From an uncultured Armatimonadia bacterium (GTDB lineage Bacteria; Armatimonadota; Zipacnadia; CAVVLO01), in NCBI GenBank assembly GCA_963749155.1, contig CAVVLO010000002.1, positions 288,001 through 352,000 of the forward strand: 64,000 bases of DNA. The letters are read 5' to 3'. The notes beneath the pieces are model-generated. The model had not been told where the DNA came from. It was given only the letters and a program-made list of their open reading frames with translations, and did no database searches. Positions 57,920 to 64,000 of this stretch are shown here, piece after piece (position 1 is the first letter of the stretch; each line of letters begins with the position of its first letter). A program made the position numbers and the translations under genes.

Positions 57920-59287
57920 ATGGATATTGCTCTTATGGTACAGCGCTTTCGTCTACCGCTAGCGCTGGGCTTACTAGCGACAGTGGGCAATACAGCGCTG
58001 GCGCAAGATGCAGAGGCCCCCACCACCGCTGAACTAAGCTATGCTCTGGATACGGTCTGGGTGCTGGTGACAGCCTTCCTGGTGTTCTGGATGCAAGCCG
58101 GCTTCGCACTGGTCGAGTCGGGTTTCGTCCGGGCCAAGAACACGGTAAACATCCTGATGAAGAACTTCTTCGACTTTGCCGCGGCTACCTTGACGTATTG
58201 GTTGATTGGCTTCGGAATAATGTTCGGAGGAGGCGCTTCGGTCGCGATTGTCGGATGGGCGGGTTTCGGTGTCGCCTTAAGCGACGCAGCACTTTATCCC
58301 GGACTAGAGTGGGCCAATGTGCCAGTGGCTGCCAAGTTCATTTTTCAACTGGTATTCGCAGGCACAACCGCGACCATCATCTCGGGCGCAGCAGCCGAAC
58401 GCACCAAGTTCAGCGCTTATGTGCTTTATAGCGCAATCGTATCCGCCCTGGTCTACCCGATCTCGGGTCACTGGATTTGGGGTGGCGGCTGGCTGCAGAA
58501 CCTCGGCTTCCTCGACTTTGCCGGCTCGACCGCGGTTCATTCGATGGGAGGCTGGCTGGCGCTGGTAATGGCCTTCCTTCTCGGGCCACGCCTTGGCAAG
58601 TACACCAAGGATGGCAAGGTTCACCCGATCCCGGGCCACAGCATGCCTCTGGCCGCGCTTGGTACCTTCATCCTGTGGCTGGGCTGGTTCGGTTTCAATC
58701 CAGGCAGCACGATGGCGGCCACTGCGGACGCAATCGCCCATATCGCCGTAACGACCAACGCCGCAGCTGCAGCCGGATTCATCGCTGCGATGCTTGCCTC
58801 CTGGATCGTCCTGCGCAAGCCTGATGCGGGCCTGGGTATGAACGGAGCTCTGGCAGGACTCGTCGCTATCACTGCAGGCTGTGCTTTCGTGACCCCTGGC
58901 GCGGCGTTGCTAATCGGTGCACTCGGTGGCTTGCTTATGTTCGCCTCGGTGTTGTTCTTCGACCGGATCCACCTGGACGATCCAGTTGGTGCGGTTTCGG
59001 TCCACGGCGTCTGTGGAGCCTTCGGCACCCTGGCTGTCGGCCTTTGGGCTGTCTCGGATCTGACTGGGGGCGCGGCTGGTCTGTTCTACGGCGGTGGCCT
59101 GAATCTGCTTGGCATACAAGCATTAGGCGTAGCCTCCATATTTGGATGGGCCATCCTGACTGGATTCATCGTTTTCGGTCTCATCAACAAGACCGTAGGA
59201 TTGCGTGTCACGCCTGCTGAGGAAGTCGAAGGTCTTGACGTCCTCGAGCATGGCGCGGAAGCGTATCCTTACTTCGCCCGCTGGTAG
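57920..59287 (+). CDS. amtB: ammonium transporter
   Basis: FWMQAGFALVESG, FQLVFA, HWIWGGGWL, DFAGSTAVH, WLGWFGFNPGS, DDPVGAVSVHG. Confidence 0.97.
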   Translation: MDIALMVQRFRLPLALGLLATVGNTALAQDAEAPTTAELSYALDTVWVLVTAFLVFWMQAGFALVESGFVRAKNTVNILMKNFFDFAAATLTYWLIGFGIMFGGGASVAIVGWAGFGVALSDAALYPGLEWANVPVAAKFIFQLVFAGTTATIISGAAAERTKFSAYVLYSAIVSALVYPISGHWIWGGGWLQNLGFLDFAGSTAVHSMGGWLALVMAFLLGPRLGKYTKDGKVHPIPGHSMPLAALGTFILWLGWFGFNPGSTMAATADAIAHIAVTTNAAAAAGFIAAMLASWIVLRKPDAGLGMNGALAGLVAITAGCAFVTPGAALLIGALGGLLMFASVLFFDRIHLDDPVGAVSVHGVCGAFGTLAVGLWAVSDLTGGAAGLFYGGGLNLLGIQALGVASIFGWAILTGFIVFGLINKTVGLRVTPAEEVEGLDVLEHGAEAYPYFARW

Positions 59288-59304
59288 AAAGGAGGTAGAG
59301 CCAG

Positions 59305-59643
59305 ATGAAGATGATTGTCTGTGTGACTCGTTCCGAGATGCTCGAACCACTTCGCGCGGCCCTTGTAGCCGCTGGAGTAACTGGGATGACCGTAAGCGAT
59401 GTGCGTGGCTTCGGCGCCCAGGGAGGCCGTACCGAGGTCTTCCGTGGTCAGGAATACACAGTGGAGTTTATGCACAAGATCAAGCTTGAGATCGTAGTGC
59501 CGGCCGAACTGACCGACCAGGTAGTGAAGATCATCACCGAGACCGCCCGCACTGGCGAGGTAGGCGATGGGAAGCTCTTCATACTCAACGTTGAGGAAAC
59601 CGTCCGGATCCGGACTGGTGAAGTAGGCAGAACCTGCTGCTAA
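59305..59643 (+). CDS. glnK: P-II nitrogen regulatory protein
   Basis: GMTVSDVRGFGAQGG, FRGQEY, ARTGEVGDGKLF, RIRTGE; linked to amtB. Confidence 0.93.
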   Translation: MKMIVCVTRSEMLEPLRAALVAAGVTGMTVSDVRGFGAQGGRTEVFRGQEYTVEFMHKIKLEIVVPAELTDQVVKIITETARTGEVGDGKLFILNVEETVRIRTGEVGRTCC

Positions 59644-59664
59644 AGCAGTTTCCCGCGAGCCGGG

Positions 59665-60726
59665 TCACGTCCCCCCGTGGCCCGGCTCTTCCCCTAGAGC
59701 CCGCTTCAGACGGAAAAGTACTGGCGAAAGACCGCCTACTTTGAGGCGCCAGGAGTTATACAGTTCGAGTCCTGTCTGGTTGCGGAGCGTCTCCTTTACC
59801 AGCGCGATTTCAGTAGTCAGCAAGAGAAGCTGGCCCCCAGGGCGTACCACTCTGGCCAGTTCAGTGAAGAAAGCTGGATAGAGCTTCTGATTGTCGGCGT
59901 GAGAGCCAACTCGAAGGCCGAAGGGCAGGTTGCTCAGCACGATATCAACGCTTGCTTCCTCAAGAGGTAAAGCCTGCGCCTTCCATACTGCGAGGGTTGC
60001 AGTCAGCCCCTGGGCCTCAAGATTACTCCTGGCAAGCAGGAGCATCTTCGGATCCAGATCTCCTCCTGTCAGTTGAGCGGTCGGGCAGGCAAGTCCTGCT
60101 GCCACTAGCAACGTGCCGGCGCCGCACATTGGATCAAGTATTACATCGGCCTGCTGGGGATTCGCCACTCTTACCATTGCTCTTGCGACCTGGCAGTTCA
60201 GCGAAGCGGGCGCGTGAACAATCCTTAGCCTGGGATTTATCCCGCCGGGGGTTACGAGAAAGGCCAGATGACAGACAGAGTCCTCAACGATTGCCAGGAC
60301 TTCAAGTTCGTAGTTTTCGAGGTCTACTGGCCAGCCTTCGCGCTCATAAAGCACTTCGCCAAGAGCGGCTGCGATTTGCTGAGAGTTATAGGAATGCTCC
60401 CCCGAGCGCGTCGCGGTGACCCGGAAGATTGGCTTTTCGGAAAGACCAAGTTTACCGGTCACGAGAGCAAGTGGCGCTGACAAATCCAGACCGGCGAAAA
60501 GACCAGCCAACTCTGCAAGCCCTTCAGGTCCTTTGGAGAAGCCCCCAACCGAACCCAGCCATACTCCCAGATTGTTGGCTACTGAATTTTCGGGATTGAG
60601 ACCTTTAGCTGCCGCGAAAACCAGTCGTCCGCTCTCTTGGCAGTGCACTCGCCCTTTGATTTGTTTGACCTCATCTGCGACGAAGCTTTCGAGCCCCTCC
60701 TCACAGACCGCAAGCCAGTAAGCCAT
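59665..60726 (-). CDS. THUMP-domain SAM-dependent RNA (m2G) methyltransferase, Trm14/TrmN/RlmL-like
   Basis: THUMP-like FRVTATRSGEH..SQQIAAALG, DPMCGAGT, NLPFG. Confidence 0.8.
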   Translation of the reverse strand: MAYWLAVCEEGLESFVADEVKQIKGRVHCQESGRLVFAAAKGLNPENSVANNLGVWLGSVGGFSKGPEGLAELAGLFAGLDLSAPLALVTGKLGLSEKPIFRVTATRSGEHSYNSQQIAAALGEVLYEREGWPVDLENYELEVLAIVEDSVCHLAFLVTPGGINPRLRIVHAPASLNCQVARAMVRVANPQQADVILDPMCGAGTLLVAAGLACPTAQLTGGDLDPKMLLLARSNLEAQGLTATLAVWKAQALPLEEASVDIVLSNLPFGLRVGSHADNQKLYPAFFTELARVVRPGGQLLLLTTEIALVKETLRNQTGLELYNSWRLKVGGLSPVLFRLKRALGEEPGHGGT

Positions 60727-60729
60727 TCG

Positions 60730-63700
60730 TCAGTCGCTCTCCTGGACTGGTATCAGGGTGAACTGCAGAGCTTCTCCAAATCCACCCAGCCCTTCGACTT
60801 CAAGGCGCAGCCTGACCTGGGTGTTCTGCGCAAGTCCAGAACCCAGTGCGAACTCGCCGAAGTCGTAATCTTCAAACCGGGCGACTTCTCGAACCAGATG
60901 CGCACTGAAAGGCAAGCCAGAACCTTCCGCCGCTTGCAGACTGACGCGTCTTGCCCCAGTCGCAAGCCAGGTCGCCTCGCCCGTGTTGCCGACCGAACAG
61001 CGAAGCCGGACGGGTTGGCCACTCTTCACCTGGACTTCGGCGCCTGAAACGAGCCGCACCCAGGTGCCTTCGGCGTTCTGCACCTCAAGCCAGTTGAACT
61101 CGGCGTTGACATATTTCAGAGGATTATGACCAGTGAAAGGCACATTGCCCACGGCGATAACAGGCATAGTCGCGGTGGTCGTGCCAGTGCCATCGGTCAA
61201 AATCTCAACCCACTTGCCCGCCTCGCGAGCGGCCAGATATTCGGCATCATGCTGCTGCCAGAGGGCCGGATTGCCTGCTGCCGTGGCATCGCGGTCATAA
61301 TTTATGAATACCTCCGGTGCAGGCGCCGGCTGCATCTCATATAACTCCTCTGCGTAATCAAGCACAAGCTGGGCCGAAGGCCTGATCTCCATATCGGGCG
61401 AGATAATCCCAAAGTCGCTATTTTCGCCTATCCGGTGACCACCGACCCACCACCAGCCTGCATCCCCATCGGCGTAAGAATCCAGGCAGACTTTGAACAT
61501 ATTTTCCCAGATAGCCCGCTGGAGTTCGATCTTCTGCAGATAGTCTTCCCGGCCTGAGTTGGGATCAGACCGGATGCCCGAACTCGGCCCAGAAGACCGG
61601 CTTGCCGTTGCCAGCCCAGCGCGCGTAGGCGGATACGAAACCTTTGCGGCGGGCGTTTTCCCATTCTGCGGCCATCCCGTAAGCCTCTGGCGAGGTGAAA
61701 TCGAGATTCTTGGCACCTGCTCGCAGGTCGAAGGGCAGCGCGTGTTCGGGCCAGACTTCCATAGTACCGCCCCAGCCGGACCGAGCTCCCATAAGCTGGA
61801 CGCCACCGAGGCTTTCGAGATATTGCTTCACATTGCGGTAACCGTGACTGATAAAGTCATCGGCAAAGCGCCTGTAGGCCGCAGCCATTACCCGCCAGGG
61901 GCCATCTGTGGTGAACTGCTCGTCCGGCGGATTGGTGAGCCTGCCCTGGTCATCACGCGGCGCCTCGAAGCCCCAATCAGCTTCCGCTGCCTCCACCGAA
62001 CCATACTGCTCAGCTACCCATAAACGCCAGGCCACATCGTGAGCCCTCCTGGCATCCTGAGCGCCGAGGTGAGGTTCCCAGGCTACGTCATAGCACCAGA
62101 TGTTGTCGAAATCAGCCAGGTCTGCGCCTTCAAAGAGTTGCCGCACGGTCTTCCGGTCCAGCCCGCGAGGATCTGCCCCGCCGAGATAGACATTGACCTG
62201 GATGTCCAACTCCTTGCAGCGCCAGAGGAAGTCCCGTGTCGCATCGGCGAATTCTGGACTGGTGTACTGGATGCTGACCGAATTCATCCCAAGCTCTTTG
62301 GCCAACTCGAGGTCGCGCTGGATAAACTCGGGCTGGTAGTTGATTGGCTTGGTCCAGTGGCCCCAATAGTCGCTTGCCTCCTGGCCTGCGACCATCAGAG
62401 GCCAGTAGTTAATCCCATGCGCATACCAGCGCTTGCCGTCTTTACGGAACTCGCTACCTTCCACACTGACCAGCCTGGCTGGATCCAGCTTAAGGTCTTG
62501 GATGACGAGGAACTCGCTCCTCAGTTCGTCCAGCAGGTTATCGCCCTTGTAGAGGCGCGTAGTAAGGATGAAGTGCCCTTCGGGCATGTCACTTAGCGAC
62601 AGGTCGAAGCTAACGCTGGCGCTGCCAAGGGGATCCAACAGCACCTGTCGGATCCTGTGCTTGTGCCAGGCAACTTCCTTGCTGTGACCAAGTTCGAAAT
62701 CAACGCGTAAAGCTACGTCCTCTGCGCTCTCATTAACCAGAGTTGCCCCGCAAGTTACCGTCTCGTCTTCCCCCAGGCGCCAGGTGTATTTACTGGCACC
62801 CGCTCCTGTCAGTTGCACCGGCGCAAGGAGTCCTTTCGCCATAGAGGTGACAAGCTCTCGAGCGCGCCCACTGGAGAGGTCGATAAGTTTGGCGGCAGGC
62901 AATCCCGCGAGGCCCCAGGCCCCGCCCTCAAGCCAGCCACTGTATCTAAAATAGAGCGATGCGAAGTAAGCCCGGAACCGGCCCGTCTCATCTTTGCACT
63001 CGACAAGGGGCACGAACCTGGCCTGGAACTCGCTACCGAACAAGGTAGCCATCGGACGCAGCATGGGCAGGCGGAACTTGCTGCACTTGAGCTGCCAGTC
63101 CGAAGCCAGTAGCGTCTGGTTAACGCACGCTGTCCCAGCGAAGCTCTCCTGGGTCTGCCATTGCTTGTACCAGGGATATAGCAACTCCATCGTCGGAGGT
63201 TGCTGGGTGTGCGCCGTCAAGGTATTCGGAGCCAGCCCCATCCCAGCGATGCGCCAGGTCATTGGCCCTGCCTTGAAGGAACCAAAGCCTGCTGCTGGCC
63301 CAACTGTGAGCGCCATCGCCTTGGTGAAGGTCGGTTTGGTGCTCTCCCTTGCCACAGGTGATCCATCGGGCCAAAATTTGAAATCCTCCGGCCGCAGCAC
63401 ATAGTGTTGCCAACCATCTGCAAGCTCGATAGTTGCTATCCAGCGAGTGTTGTCAGTTTCCTTCCATTCGACGGTCAGGCTGCGGCCCTTTTCACCCTTC
63501 GCCCAAAGACAGGTAAGCCAGTCGTCGCCTGGGACAGGGCTTGTCTCAAATTTGAGTAAAGTAATATTGTCCCAGTTGGTGAGGTTTTCTATCTCCACTT
63601 TGAGCGAGTTCGGCAGGCCTTCTGGCGCATCAACGTCCACTTGCAGCGAATAGTCGCTTTCTGGATTGCCCGAGGCGCGAGTTACAGCAGCTAGTTGAAG

Positions 63701-64000
63701 CTCGTTCATGTCACGCAGAATCCATTGGGCTGGCTGGGTCTGAGCAAGCGCCTCCTGTAAGGCGACCCATCCCTCCGGGGTATCCAGCAGCAGGTTCTCG
63801 AAGGTCGGCCCGCCCAGGGCAAGCAGTCTTCCGCCTTGCGAAAGGAAGGTCTCCAGTTCTGCTATTGCAAGCAAGGGGAAGCTACTCGAGTCGGCCAGTA
63901 CTAATAATTCGCACTTGTCGCGCAGGCCTTCGTCCCCGAGGCTGCGCCCATCTATCAACTCGGTTTGATATCCAGCTGCCCTGAGCCACTCAACCAGGGT
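60730..64000 (-). CDS. large glycosidase-like protein, CBM-like plus GH5/GH42-type TIM barrel (5' end outside window; frameshift at ~61570)
   Basis: Open frame to 64000; GINYWP, DLELAKELGMNSV, YDVAWEP, WVAEQYGSVEAAEADW, PVFWAEFG; continues in ORF 60730 (WWWVGG.RIGENSDFGI). Confidence 0.65.

Overview
64 kb of GC-rich bacterial chromosome. The prepilin N-termini '[40 protein letters not shown]' are typical of Armatimonadota, so that phylum is the inferred source. Many single-base frameshifts, including in housekeeping genes (livH, truB, ylxR), suggest an unpolished long-read or MAG consensus. Contents in order: (1) end of a BNR/sialidase-LamG gene; (2) a Liv-type ABC transporter plus phenylacetate-CoA ligase plus porin, behind a long structured 5' leader; (3) a ~36 kb glycan-utilisation region (8.5-44.4 kb) of mostly secreted, mostly unclassified glycosidase-like genes, a GH2 beta-mannosidase, a UroD-family protein and araB/araD. 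Its centre holds five tandem prepilin/DUF1559 paralogues, each with its own promoter-like element and terminator, and with mosaic variable segments. A ~1.5 kb degenerate insert bracketed by REP-like hairpins also lies in this region; (4) a Wzx flippase plus GT4; (5) an EEP-family gene, the rimP-nusA-ylxR-infB-DUF503-rbfA-nrnA-truB-ribF operon and an aldo/keto reductase; (6) amtB-glnK, a THUMP RNA methyltransferase and another large glycosidase-like gene running off the end. No rRNA, tRNA, CRISPR array, transposase or reverse transcriptase was seen. The best candidate for an undescribed system is the mosaic DUF1559 pilin-like array embedded in a glycan locus with no SusC/SusD genes.
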